The notes under the pieces were generated by a model that made no database searches, was not told where the DNA came from, and saw only the letters and a program-made list of their open reading frames with translations. This document shows positions 1-8,580 of a stretch of DNA of 64,000 nt, one piece after another (position 1 is the stretch's first letter; each line of letters opens with the position of its first letter). The translations under genes and the position numbers were made by a program. Origin of the DNA: Escherichia virus TH38. The stretch lies in sequence record MT446410.1; one strand, 5' to 3'.

Positions 1-172
1 CCTAAGCCCCAAAATATTTAAAGTATATATTATATGGTATATTCATATGAATAGGGTGACACTGGCGCCATTATTGTGCAACCAAAAAAGACTACTCTGA
101 AAACGAGGAAAAGATTTTTTCCTGCCTGAATTAGATACGGAGTTAGCGATATGAAAACCGAACAACGTCATG
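1..172. repeat. Direct repeat copy A (171 bp, one indel near the end versus copy B); plasmid divergent-promoter region
   Basis: 1-166 identical to 3174-3339, then tcatg shared after a 1-nt indel; offset 3173 bp. Confidence 0.9.
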
Positions 173-321
173 ATCTTGTTAAAGATATTGAGGTTTTTGG
201 CGTATCCTTGTCTCTGTTGATTTCCAGAGCGAATGAGAAGTCTGTTACAATGCCATCTGGTCTAAGTCGGGAGCAGAGAAGAGCATGGGCAGCGGAGCAG
301 GCGCGCAAAATCCACAATTGA
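151..321 (+). CDS. Small ORF (56 aa) overlapping the start of the next ORF; possible antitoxin-like partner
   Basis: ATG at 151 with GGAG 8 nt upstream; 37-nt overlap with the 285-713 ORF in another frame; not in ORF track (<60 aa). Confidence 0.25.
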   Translation: MKTEQRHDLVKDIEVFGVSLSLLISRANEKSVTMPSGLSREQRRAWAAEQARKIHN

Positions 322-713
322 ATATTGTCTCATTCTCTGAGACCTTCAACCTTTATTACACATCCAGATATTCTGCAAAAACACTCGATAAAATCGATGA
401 TTTCATTGAGCATTTTGAAAAATACAATCTCTTTGGCGATCCTTTAAAAGGATATCCAGCTTGGACTGGCAAAGTATCGCCATCGTGGAAAGTGCCTGAT
501 CATTACGAAAACAAAGAAGCTATTGAGAAGTATGCTAGAGCTAACAAATTATGGCATGCTCATTTAGGCGATCCGGTTTTTAAAGATACGTTTCATGGGA
601 AATACAAGGTTTCTGACTGGGTTATTCATTTCCAGCGGCTGACACCGAACCATATAAAGCTTTTAGAGCTTGGATACCATGACCCAATGAAGCTACCTCA
701 AAACTTTGAATGA
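285..713 (+). CDS. Hypothetical protein, possibly a toxin-like (YafO-type?) plasmid protein; true start may be internal
   Basis: 142-aa ORF with a WHAHLGDP motif; operon-like overlap with the upstream small ORF; family assignment is a weak recollection. Confidence 0.3.
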   Translation: MGSGAGAQNPQLNIVSFSETFNLYYTSRYSAKTLDKIDDFIEHFEKYNLFGDPLKGYPAWTGKVSPSWKVPDHYENKEAIEKYARANKLWHAHLGDPVFKDTFHGKYKVSDWVIHFQRLTPNHIKLLELGYHDPMKLPQNFE

Positions 714-737
714 TCGAGCGGCAGGCTAAATGAAATC

Positions 738-766
738 TTGAGATTCATTCAGTCTCGTCGTAATCT
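738..766 (+). promoter_or_regulatory. RNA II (replication primer) promoter, -35 TTGAGA / 17 bp / -10 TAATCT
   Basis: Same architecture and near-identical sequence to the pMB1/ColE1 RNA II promoter. Confidence 0.6.
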
Positions 767-774
767 CACTATTG

Positions 775-1330
775 TAAAAACGAAAAAACCACCCTGGCAG
801 GTGGTTTTTCGAAGGTTAGTTAATCCTGGCAGATTCTCTAACCGTGGTAACAGTCTTGTGCGAGACATGTCACCAAATACTGTCCTTTCAGTGTAGCCTC
901 AGTTAGGCCGCCACTTCAAGAACTCTCGTTACATCTCTCGCACATCCTGCTTACCAGTGGCCGTTGCCAGTGGCGTTAAGTCGTGTCTTACCGGGTTGGA
1001 CTCAAGACGATAGTTACCGGATAAGGCGCAGCGGTCGGGCTGAACGGGGGGTTCGTGCACACAGCCCAGCTTGGAGCGAACGACCTACACCGAACCGAGA
1101 TACCAACAGCGTGAGCTATGAGAAAGCGCCACGCTTCCCGAAGGGAGAAAGGCGGACAGGTATCCGGTAAGCGGCAGGGTCGGAACAGGAGAGCGCACGA
1201 GGGAGCTTCCAGGGGGAAACGCCTGGTATCTTTATAGTCCTGTCGGGTTTCGCCACCTCTGACTTGAGCGTCGATTTTTGTGATGCTCGTCAGGGGGGCG
1301 GAGCCTATGGAAAAACGCCTCCCGCGCGCC
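775..1330 (+). ncRNA. RNA II pre-primer of ColE1-type origin; RNA-DNA switch expected near 1320-1330
   Basis: Long near-identical stretch to the pMB1/ColE1 ori (e.g. ccagtggcg...taagtcgtgtcttaccgggttggactcaagacgatagttaccggataaggcgcagcggtcgggctgaacggggggttcgtgcacacagcccagcttggagcgaacgacctacaccgaac). Confidence 0.8.
779..886 (-). ncRNA. RNA I antisense copy-number control RNA (approximate ends)
   Basis: Antisense to the RNA II 5' end; hairpin aaaaaaccaccctggcaggtggttttt corresponds to the RNA I terminator; loop sequences differ from pMB1. Confidence 0.6.
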
Positions 1331-1547
1331 CTTCTTCTGGGTCTTTGTCTTTTGCTCACATGTTCTTTCCGGTTTTATCCCCCGATTCTGTGGATAACCG
1401 TATTACCGCCTTTGAGTGAGCTGACACCGCTCGCCGCAGTCGAACGACCGAGCGTAGCGAGTCAGTGAGCGAGGAAGCGGAAGAGCGCCTTATGTGACAT
1501 TTTCTCCTTACGCTCCTCTATGCCGTTCTGCATCCTGTCCGGATGCG

Positions 1548-1742
1548 TTATATCCCGGTAAGATTTTCCGCTTCAAAGCGTGTCTGTATGCTGTTCTGGA
1601 GTTCTTCTGCGAGTTCGTGCAGTTTCTCACACATGGCGGCCTGTTCGTCGGCATTGAGTGCGTCCAGTTTTTCGAGCAGCGTCAGGCTCTGACTTTTTAT
1701 GAATCCCGCCATGTTGAGTACGGCTTGCTGCTGCTTATTCAT
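1548..1742 (-). CDS. rop: Rop/Rom RNA I-RNA II modulator protein
   Basis: 64 aa, MNKQQQAVLNMAGFIKSQSLTLLEKLDALNADEQ... closely matches ColE1 Rop; convergent with RNA II as in pBR322. Confidence 0.9.
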   Translation of the reverse strand: MNKQQQAVLNMAGFIKSQSLTLLEKLDALNADEQAAMCEKLHELAEELQNSIQTRFEAENLTGI

Positions 1743-2001
1743 CTTTTCGTTTTCTCCGTTCTGTCTGTCATCTGCGTTGTGTGATTATATCGCGTACCAC
1801 TTTTCGACTGTTTTGCTGCCGCTATTCTGCCGCTTGGCTTTTTGACGGGCATTTCTGTCAGACAACACTGTCACTGCCAAAAAACTGCCGTGCCTTTGTC
1901 GGTAATTCGAGCTTGCTGACAGGACAGGATGTGCAATTGTTATACCGCGCATACATGCACGCTATTACAATTGCCCTGGTCAGGGCTTTGCCCCGACACC
2001 C

Positions 2002-2349
2002 ATGTCAGATACGGAGCCATGTTTTATGACAAAACGAAGTGGAAGTAATACGCGCAGGCGGGCTATCAGTCGCCCTGTTCGTCTGACGGCAGAAGAAGAC
2101 CAGGAAATCAGAAAAAGGGCTGCTGAATGCGGCAAGACCGTTTCCGGTTTTTTACGGGCGGCAGCTCTCGGTAAGAAAGTTAACTCACTGACTGATGATC
2201 GGGTACTGAAAGAAGTTATGAGACTGGGGGCGTTACAGAAAAAACTCTTTATCGACGGCAAGCGTGTCGGGGACAGGGAGTATGCGGAGGTGCTGATCGC
2301 TATTACGGAGTATCACCGTGCCCTGTTATCCAGGCTTATGGCAGATTAG
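2002..2349 (+). CDS. MobC-like ribbon-helix-helix mobilization accessory protein (no relaxase gene seen)
   Basis: 115 aa; RLTAEEDQEIRKRAAECGKTVSGFLRAAALG resembles the MobC family motif. Confidence 0.45.
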   Translation: MSDTEPCFMTKRSGSNTRRRAISRPVRLTAEEDQEIRKRAAECGKTVSGFLRAAALGKKVNSLTDDRVLKEVMRLGALQKKLFIDGKRVGDREYAEVLIAITEYHRALLSRLMAD

Positions 2350-2569
2350 CTTCCCGGAGAGAAAACTGTCGAAAACTGACGGTATGAACACCGTAAGCTC
2401 CCAAAGTGATCACCATTCGCTTTCATGCATAGCTATGCAGCGAGCTGAAAACGATCCTGACGCATCCTTCCTGTTTTTCCGGGGTAAAACATCTCTTTTT
2501 GCGGTGTCTGCGTCAGAATCGCGTTCAGCGCGTTTCAGTGGTGCGTACAATTAAGGGATTATGGTAAAT
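2350..2569. promoter_or_regulatory. cer-like multimer resolution site; XerC/XerD core at 2540-2569
   Basis: Exact ColE1 cer core GGTGCGTACAA-TTAAGGGA-TTATGGTAAAT at 2540-2569; accessory region assumed upstream. Confidence 0.8.
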
Positions 2570-2737
2570 ATATGAGCTATGCGATAACTTTAACTGTGAA
2601 GCGATGAACCCATTACAGGCAAAGCCAATTACTCCTGACAGTGGTTTAGCCAGAAGCAGGGCTACCAAGACCAATGCAATAAGTAATATATCGTTTTGCT
2701 ATCGTGCATCGCTCGCGCTCAGTTCCATTGTGCTTTT

Positions 2738-3166
2738 TTAAGCTGTCGTTTTTCTTACGGTATATACCGGTTTTTTATGGCGTGGTTTCTTAACTTGTTC
2801 AGCTACTGATGGACCCATTGTATCTAGGTAGTCAACTAGCTTTGTTAGATCATAAATATTGCGACCACCATATCGGCGATCACTCTTCGATGTTGGTTTC
2901 TTGTCCAAGAGATTAGCTTTTTCAAGATCATTGATAGCTCTCTGAACAGTCCGTACAGAAACCCCCATACGTATGGCTAGACTTTCCATTGACGGATGCG
3001 GCCACTCTTGCAAACTCCACCAGTGAACGATCAGGTTAAGTAGTGTGTTAAAGGCCACTGAAGTTAGCTTTTTCTCGTTTTGTATAAAAAACAATACGGT
3101 AGGCACTGCTGTCCAGCCAAGAGACAAACCGCCAGCTTTCCATTTATTCTTAACGGAGTAAGTCAT
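2738..3166 (-). CDS. Winged-helix/HTH DNA-binding protein (plasmid-borne, function unknown)
   Basis: 142 aa; LAIRMGVSVRTVQRAINDLEKANLL HTH; start 8 bp from the repeat. Confidence 0.45.
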   Translation of the reverse strand: MTYSVKNKWKAGGLSLGWTAVPTVLFFIQNEKKLTSVAFNTLLNLIVHWWSLQEWPHPSMESLAIRMGVSVRTVQRAINDLEKANLLDKKPTSKSDRRYGGRNIYDLTKLVDYLDTMGPSVAEQVKKPRHKKPVYTVRKTTA

Positions 3167-3173
3167 TGATTTT

Positions 3174-3344
3174 CCTAAGCCCCAAAATATTTAAAGTATA
3201 TATTATATGGTATATTCATATGAATAGGGTGACACTGGCGCCATTATTGTGCAACCAAAAAAGACTACTCTGAAAACGAGGAAAAGATTTTTTCCTGCCT
3301 GAATTAGATACGGAGTTAGCGATATGAAAACCGAACAACTCATG
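3174..3344. repeat. Direct repeat copy B; plasmid/phage junction at about 3340-3345
   Basis: Identity with 1-172 ends at 3344, after which sequence is phage-like. Confidence 0.9.
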
Positions 3345-3557
3345 GTTGAGGTTCTGAAGACGCTCATTTCTGTCTTCAACTTGCATAATAAGATCATTAA
3401 GTGTTACTTTAACTTTCTCATTATACATCTCATCCACTCGGACTAGAGATTTATACATTCTCTCCCAGCTTGCTGCTTTGTTTCTGAGAACAATAAACCC
3501 TATAACGCTGATAGTTAAACAGCTTACAAAAAGGAATTTATATACCTCTAAAGTCAT
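3216..3557 (-). CDS. Junction-spanning chimeric ORF: about 71 N-terminal residues phage-encoded (TM helix + coiled coil), C-terminus read from the plasmid repeat
   Basis: ORF crosses the repeat boundary at about 3343; N-terminus FLFVSCLTISVIGFIVL is hydrophobic. Confidence 0.35.
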   Translation of the reverse strand: MTLEVYKFLFVSCLTISVIGFIVLRNKAASWERMYKSLVRVDEMYNEKVKVTLNDLIMQVEDRNERLQNLNHELFGFHIANSVSNSGRKKSFPRFQSSLFWLHNNGASVTLFI

Positions 3558-3756
3558 ATTATTTACCCTTTATCAGAGATTAAAAGTAATATTATTTAAG
3601 TAAGTTATATTTAGTAAACTTATTTTCTAAGAAATTTTCAAAGGGTCTATATACAGAGCATTACCCATAGTCCCAGAATACTACCATCTTTTTCAATAAA
3701 TTTACTAAGTGGTTGGTTTATAAAGGAATTTAGTTTGTCAAATCTGGCACTAGTGA

Positions 3757-4146
3757 TTATTCCCTAGAGCTATTATCGAACACTAAATCACCACAATACA
3801 TAGGATTGGCATACCATTTTGGCACCCCTTCGCTCTTACTCTGAAAGTAAGTCCCACTGTACAGCGGAACATAATTCTTCTTAAGGGCACGTTTAGCTAG
3901 CCGCTCGCTTTCTCCAATGGCTTTCTTAGTCATCGGATTTTTATCACGAATCAGCTTTACATAACGTTTATAAGGTTTCTCCTGTTTTAATAGTACCGGA
4001 ATCCACTCAAACTGGTTCTTTTGTCTTATCACCTGTTCAGCGGTCAGTTTTCGTTGGGCCATTCTATTTATTACGGTATCCGCAACTAGGGCTTTACATG
4101 CGGTTGGCTGATTCCCTGCCTCATAATAAATAGTCAATGTCAACAT
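3757..4146 (-). CDS. Cell wall hydrolase, SleB/CwlJ-like (Hydrolase_2 domain)
   Basis: YYEAGNQP...ALVADTVINR...QKNQFEW motif pattern. Confidence 0.5.
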   Translation of the reverse strand: MLTLTIYYEAGNQPTACKALVADTVINRMAQRKLTAEQVIRQKNQFEWIPVLLKQEKPYKRYVKLIRDKNPMTKKAIGESERLAKRALKKNYVPLYSGTYFQSKSEGVPKWYANPMYCGDLVFDNSSRE

Positions 4147-4193
4147 TAGCTGTGCCGTTGTTATCAGAACTTGATACCTCCTGTTTTACGGGC

Positions 4194-4221
4194 ATAAAAA
4201 AGCCCCAGCCGTAGCCGGGGC
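4194..4221 (-). terminator. Rho-independent terminator (minus strand)
   Basis: Hairpin gccccggctacggctggggc followed by a T-run on the minus strand. Confidence 0.55.
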
Positions 4222-4284
4222 AAACCTGAAAGCAACGCATGACCGTTGCTATAAATACACTCGCAAATGCACTTACAGCAACGC

Positions 4285-4306
4285 AAAAAGCCGCTCAAAG
4301 GCGGCT
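4285..4306 (-). terminator. Rho-independent terminator (minus strand)
   Basis: Hairpin agccgcctttgagcggct plus T5 on the minus strand. Confidence 0.55.
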
Positions 4307-4362
4307 ATGCGGAAGCTTCAAATGGGGAGAGGGCATGACACTACAGAAAGAGCGTCATAGTA

Positions 4363-4545
4363 CTAAAAGAGAGGGGTGCTATTCCATAATGATTTCCTAT
4401 CCCTTTCTCTACTTCTAGATTCTATCTCCTTCTTTAGCAAATCGTTTTCTTCTTGCAAGGATGCTACCAGATGAACCAGAACATCAACTACTGCATCACC
4501 TTGCCGCATCTCTCTGACTTTATTTAGAATCTCTGAATAAATCAT
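4363..4545 (-). CDS. Hypothetical protein (60 aa)
   Basis: ORF; ATGA start/stop overlap with the upstream gene. Confidence 0.4.
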   Translation of the reverse strand: MIYSEILNKVREMRQGDAVVDVLVHLVASLQEENDLLKKEIESRSRERDRKSLWNSTPLF

Positions 4546-4985
4546 TTTACCCTCGCCTCTTTGATGGGGTCGATGTATTTCTCAACGCCCCACTTGTGTT
4601 TACTATCTGCGTAGAAAACATCAGGTGCACATTGGCTTGTTTTAGGGAAGGCTTGCGGGTCTTTCGTGCTCCCCTTAAACTTCTGTTTACCTCGAGTGCG
4701 ACCATTACAGAAGATTTCTAACTTCTTCTCTTCTTCTGTTTTAGCGCCCCCGCTCTGTAACAAAGAACGTTTATGATCGGCTAATAATAACGCATCAGCA
4801 CGATGGACACGATGGCCTACGCGCTTAGGTATACTAGAAGGAACATGAGATTCAGCCTCAGCCTTTGCAGCACGACGTTTTAAACTGCGCTTGCTGACGT
4901 GATTGGTTGCCTTCGGCTTCTCTTTCTCCAGTTCAGAGATAGAAAAACAACGCCCGCCCTTCATGCTGATTTTAGATTTAGCCAC
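4542..4985 (-). CDS. Hypothetical basic protein (147 aa)
   Basis: ORF with a Lys/Arg-rich sequence. Confidence 0.45.
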   Translation of the reverse strand: MAKSKISMKGGRCFSISELEKEKPKATNHVSKRSLKRRAAKAEAESHVPSSIPKRVGHRVHRADALLLADHKRSLLQSGGAKTEEEKKLEIFCNGRTRGKQKFKGSTKDPQAFPKTSQCAPDVFYADSKHKWGVEKYIDPIKEARVK

Positions 4986-5054
4986 AATCTTATTCCTTCC
5001 AGTGATAAGTTATATCGGGCAAGCCCATCAAGTCGATAGGCTTGAACAAATAAC

Positions 5055-5264
5055 TTAATCAAGTAAACTAAACGATTTCCAACTGCGTAGCAGGATTGTA
5101 CCGTCATCCATAGCTACGCATAACTTTAACAGTTTCTTGTTAGCACTACTCACCGTTGTAATTCGTCCAGTTGTACATTTACCTTTGTTGCTATAAAGAT
5201 ATATAACACGACGGCCTAACAGACGAGAAGGTGCTTTCTTAAATTCTGAAATGTTAGTGATCAT
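5055..5264 (-). CDS. Hypothetical protein (69 aa)
   Basis: ORF; ATGA overlap with the upstream gene. Confidence 0.4.
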   Translation of the reverse strand: MITNISEFKKAPSRLLGRRVIYLYSNKGKCTTGRITTVSSANKKLLKLCVAMDDGTILLRSWKSFSLLD

Positions 5265-5485
5265 AATGCTTGATACCTTTGAATGTGTTCAATACGGGTG
5301 GATTGAGCAAATGACGCTTTAACAGCCATTTTCCTAACTTCTTCTTTACGCTGGTTAGTGTGTACAGTATCCCAATGATTGTTATCACGTTGGCGCTGTA
5401 ATATCTTACTGCATTTGCGATGGTTTCCCGTGCTGCGATGTTTCTCACAAATAGGACACTTGCCAAAATTATTACTGAATATCAT
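5261..5485 (-). CDS. Hypothetical small protein with CPIC...H...H putative zinc-binding motif
   Basis: ORF; coupled ATGA overlaps on both sides; preferred over the overlapping 5254-5466 frame. Confidence 0.4.
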   Translation of the reverse strand: MIFSNNFGKCPICEKHRSTGNHRKCSKILQRQRDNNHWDTVHTNQRKEEVRKMAVKASFAQSTRIEHIQRYQAL

Positions 5486-5709
5486 TTTCTCAATCCCAAC
5501 TTTCTTAAGATACGGCCTAACGTTGTTTCTTGCGTGATAATATAGCTGATCGCTTCACGTTCCAACGTTTCAATCTTCATTGGTGACGGATACCATTCAC
5601 CGGTAATAACACATTTACATTCAACGCCATACTTTTTAGATAGGCGGTAATGTTGACCATTGACAAGATTCCGATAAATCGTGGTATGTGTAATTAACAT
5701 GATCATCAC
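5482..5709 (-). CDS. Hypothetical protein (75 aa)
   Basis: ORF. Confidence 0.4.
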   Translation of the reverse strand: MMIMLITHTTIYRNLVNGQHYRLSKKYGVECKCVITGEWYPSPMKIETLEREAISYIITQETTLGRILRKLGLRK

Positions 5710-5753
5710 CTTTGATTAGATTCTTTGATTAATGCACTGAATCAATGCACTGA

Positions 5754-5787
5754 TAAAAGAAAAGGCGCTACCCGTTAAGATAGCGCC
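5754..5787 (-). terminator. Rho-independent terminator (minus strand)
   Basis: Hairpin ggcgctatcttaacgggtagcgcc plus T-rich tail on the minus strand. Confidence 0.55.
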
Positions 5788-5811
5788 TTATGTTTATTTA
5801 AATTGTCTTAC

Positions 5812-6720
5812 TTATGCCGCCTGACGTGCCGCCATAATTTCAGCCGCTTTACGCAATACCTCTTCCTCTTCTGCTTTCGCCGCTTGTTCGGTACGGGTAG
5901 CAACCGTTGAAGAGATACGACCGCGCAGACTCTCTAACTTCTCCTGCATAGCTGCAACAGTCTTTTCCATTTCATCAGCGTATGAATCGAGTGATTCTAA
6001 TTCCTTGCTTGATGCGTTCATCAGGTAGTTATCAGAGATCGCTACCGTTGAGGCCGTGACTTTCTTGATGAGTGAATCAAAAGATTTCTTAACCTTTCCT
6101 ACTTCTTCACTCAGGGCGATAGTGTTATCACTAGTTGCGCCGTTGCGCTCATCAGCCAGTAATTTGGCTTCAATACGGATTGCATTCAAGCGTTCAACCA
6201 AAGCGTAAATATCTTGGTTAAAGTCTTCCTTGTTTTTCGCCGGGATTTGCAGGTGTGCCGCCACATTGTCATTGCAACCCTTGTAAAAGTTAGGGTTATC
6301 GACTTCAATTTCACGGCCTAAAGCAAAGTTTTCGAAAGCGTTTGACCAGCGAGCGCGGTTTTGTTCCATTTTGGTTTTAATTTGCGCTTCTTTCGCGTCT
6401 TCTTTAGCTTTCGCCTCACCTTCCAGATTAATCCACTTTTTACGACCATTTGCCGCATCAGTGTTAAACTTGATAGGAGTTAAGAAAGTAATTGCAGTGG
6501 CAATCACATCCATATCACGAAAACGTTCAGTTAACAAGAAGTCAACCGCCGTCTGCAATACGTCCAGCTTTTTACCGTTACTGCGGAAGTGCTGTAAGTG
6601 CCCTAACAGGAAGTTAGAAACATCTTGTTTGATCGCCGCGTTATTGCTACGAATGTTGTTAGCCAGTGCATTAAAACCAGATTCGTTAACCAGAGTAAAA
6701 ACTTTAGCCATGATATTCAC
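5812..6720 (-). CDS. Hypothetical early protein (302 aa)
   Basis: Long ORF, first gene downstream of the promoter-rich AT region. Confidence 0.55.
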   Translation of the reverse strand: MNIMAKVFTLVNESGFNALANNIRSNNAAIKQDVSNFLLGHLQHFRSNGKKLDVLQTAVDFLLTERFRDMDVIATAITFLTPIKFNTDAANGRKKWINLEGEAKAKEDAKEAQIKTKMEQNRARWSNAFENFALGREIEVDNPNFYKGCNDNVAAHLQIPAKNKEDFNQDIYALVERLNAIRIEAKLLADERNGATSDNTIALSEEVGKVKKSFDSLIKKVTASTVAISDNYLMNASSKELESLDSYADEMEKTVAAMQEKLESLRGRISSTVATRTEQAAKAEEEEVLRKAAEIMAARQAA

Positions 6721-6780
6721 CTTTCAATTGTAAGGGCGCTATTGCCCCGCTCTCTATGAGCTTGTTTAAGTCACTATTAA

Positions 6781-6820
6781 CTTATCAATAACCACTCATT
6801 GTTAAGTAATTATTGATAAG
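6781..6820. promoter_or_regulatory. Perfect 11-bp inverted repeat CTTATCAATAA / TTATTGATAAG (18-bp spacer), with a third CTTATCA nearby; candidate operator
   Basis: Seen directly, about 60-100 bp upstream of the 5812-6720 gene start. Confidence 0.4.
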
Positions 6821-7627
6821 CGGGGCGGTCTTATCAGGAGTTAAACTTGCCGCCCCCTTATCCGTGATGTTTCATCTGGTATCTTTAATTAGTCGCTATA
6901 AACGAAGCCGACCTGATAGCGATGATCAATCATCACAATAAGGCAGTGCGTCCGACTCTAATTAGTTACATTTATTGTAACCGTCGGCAATATCGTCTAC
7001 TTTGCTTTCGCTCTCGCCTATCCTTTTGTATCAACTCTCAATCACTAGCCATCGCCCACAACGGGATGCTATTGTGAAAGAGTCATTGACCGTCTAATGT
7101 TCTGACGTTTTATATCTTTCGGCAAGTTTACTACATAAACTGACTATGTACGCCATCGATAGTGGCCTCAAATCATTCACATCGTAAACGTTCACACTAA
7201 ACCTTATTGTTAAATAGCAATTTGCCACTTTTTAACCACTCCCCGCCGCCCTCAATTGAGCGTTAATTCTTCGGGCTTGCCTACCCTGATTAACTTCTTT
7301 CACTGTAGCGCCTTGTTAGCGATGACCGCCGCTACCCTTAACCGTGGGCGATTAGCTTAAGTCTTTGCGTACACTCAATGAATCCGTTTATCAGTGGTGA
7401 CGTTTCCAGTAAGGGATTGTAAGATTGTTTACTCTGATAACTTAGAGAATCTTACACCGTTTTATCTGGTATGCTATCCGATGGTTATTATCATCTAGCA
7501 TATTCAACCGATATATGAGAATGTTTAAATTGTTAAAGAGCGGTAAATCTGTCAGTGTGCTTTCTCACACTACGCAACTGTTAGCCGTTGTTACGCTTTC
7601 CTTAAGCGATGATTTGCTTAAGTGTGC

Positions 7628-7656
7628 TCATTATGAATCATGTTGTTTTCGCTGTC
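7628..7656 (-). promoter_or_regulatory. Sigma70-consensus early promoter (TTGACA-17 bp-CATAAT), leftward
   Basis: Minus strand ttgacagcgaaaacaacatgattcataat; A/T-rich UP-like sequence upstream. Confidence 0.6.
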
Positions 7657-8118
7657 AACCACTTTTTTAATCTTTTTCGTCGTTCCCTTTATTGGGAGGA
7701 TATATCAATCAGCTATATTTGATTGAAGATTAAGCGGCAAGGCTTAAACTTATGATTCATATTTTTAAAGAGCGGTTACTACACTTTCAGCTTAACACAT
7801 CGTGTTAACTTGTCAAACTCTTTTTTATCATCTTCTTTTATTCCGTTCCCTTATCTCGCTTGAATCTATGCGAAAGGGCAAGATGATAAGTCTGATTTGT
7901 CTTTTAGGAATCTAGTGCGCTTTCAAGCATCGACCATTTGAAAGTATCGAACAAATGAGGCTTATTTTGTTGCTCATCGTCCGCCTGTTCACGTATGAAT
8001 CAGGAATCAATTCTAGTGGTCAACTAAGCGCCTTATAGTAATGACGTTCCCGCCACCTGTAAGACAAATCATATTTTTAAAGAGCGGGATTTTTTAAGTC
8101 ATCGCTGACTGAGTGCTT

Positions 8119-8147
8119 ATTATGAATCAGGCTGTTTTCGGTGTCAA
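8119..8147 (-). promoter_or_regulatory. Sigma70-consensus early promoter (TTGACA-17 bp-CATAAT), leftward
   Basis: Minus strand ttgacaccgaaaacagcctgattcataat; paralogous to the 7628-7656 promoter. Confidence 0.6.
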
Positions 8148-8557
8148 TACTCTTTTTAAGAATATTTTCACTTTCTAGCCTGATTTTTAAAGAGCGTAGC
8201 ACCTTCATTGTGCGTCTTACTGTCGGTATTCCTACCGCTCCCCGTTGAAGCCTTTTACCGTGATGCTAATCACCTATCGAGGAGTTTTTACTACTTGTTG
8301 TTACTTACTGCTTACTACGGGATTCATATTACTATAAAGGAAAATCATGTCAATACCCTTTTTTCAAATTATTTTTCATCTCACTGTTTTATAAAGGAAT
8401 TTATTTTATTGTCGGTAGGACACCGGAAGAAATCAGGAGGTAAAAGAGCGGGGGCGCGTGATACATCATAGAAAACGGCTTGTAAAGCAATAATAAGCGG
8501 CCTGAAACGCACTGTAGCGAGCTAAAAGGGAGTAAGCCATACAATCACCCTAGAAAT

Positions 8558-8580
8558 GAAAAAAGCCTCATAGCGAGGCT
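8558..8580 (-). terminator. Rho-independent terminator (minus strand)
   Basis: Hairpin agcctcgctatgaggct plus T6 on the minus strand. Confidence 0.6.

Larger units (their letters stand above)
7527..8460. repeat. Repeated regulatory units: TTTTAAAGAGCGG motif (5 copies, each followed by a short hairpin) and a roughly 55-bp repeat (7621-7670, 8113-8165)
   Basis: Motif at about 7543, 7764, 8081, 8189 and 8440; AT-rich region lacking long ORFs. Confidence 0.6.

Noticed and set aside
737-1500. Cloning-vector (pUC/pBR322) contamination as the explanation for the origin
   Set aside because: The sequence is close to pMB1 but not identical (different RNA I/II loop sequences), and it is accompanied by a cer site, a MobC-like gene and other non-vector genes with no bla or lacZ; it looks like a natural small ColE1-family plasmid. 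Assembly chimerism with such a plasmid is still possible.
964-1784. ORFs 964-1170, 988-1359, 1280-1468 and 1494-1784 in the ORF track
   Set aside because: They lie inside the ColE1-type origin (RNA II/RNA I region, conserved at the nucleotide level) or antisense to rop; they are non-coding by homology to the replicon.
1781-2554. ORFs 1781-2029, 1980-2261 and 2318-2554
   Set aside because: They overlap the MobC-like gene in other frames, or cover the cer site and probable oriT-like region; no RBS support.
6371-6733. Plus-strand ORF 6371-6733
   Set aside because: Antisense to the 302-aa early gene; low-complexity Ala/Ser/Leu-rich translation typical of antisense frames.
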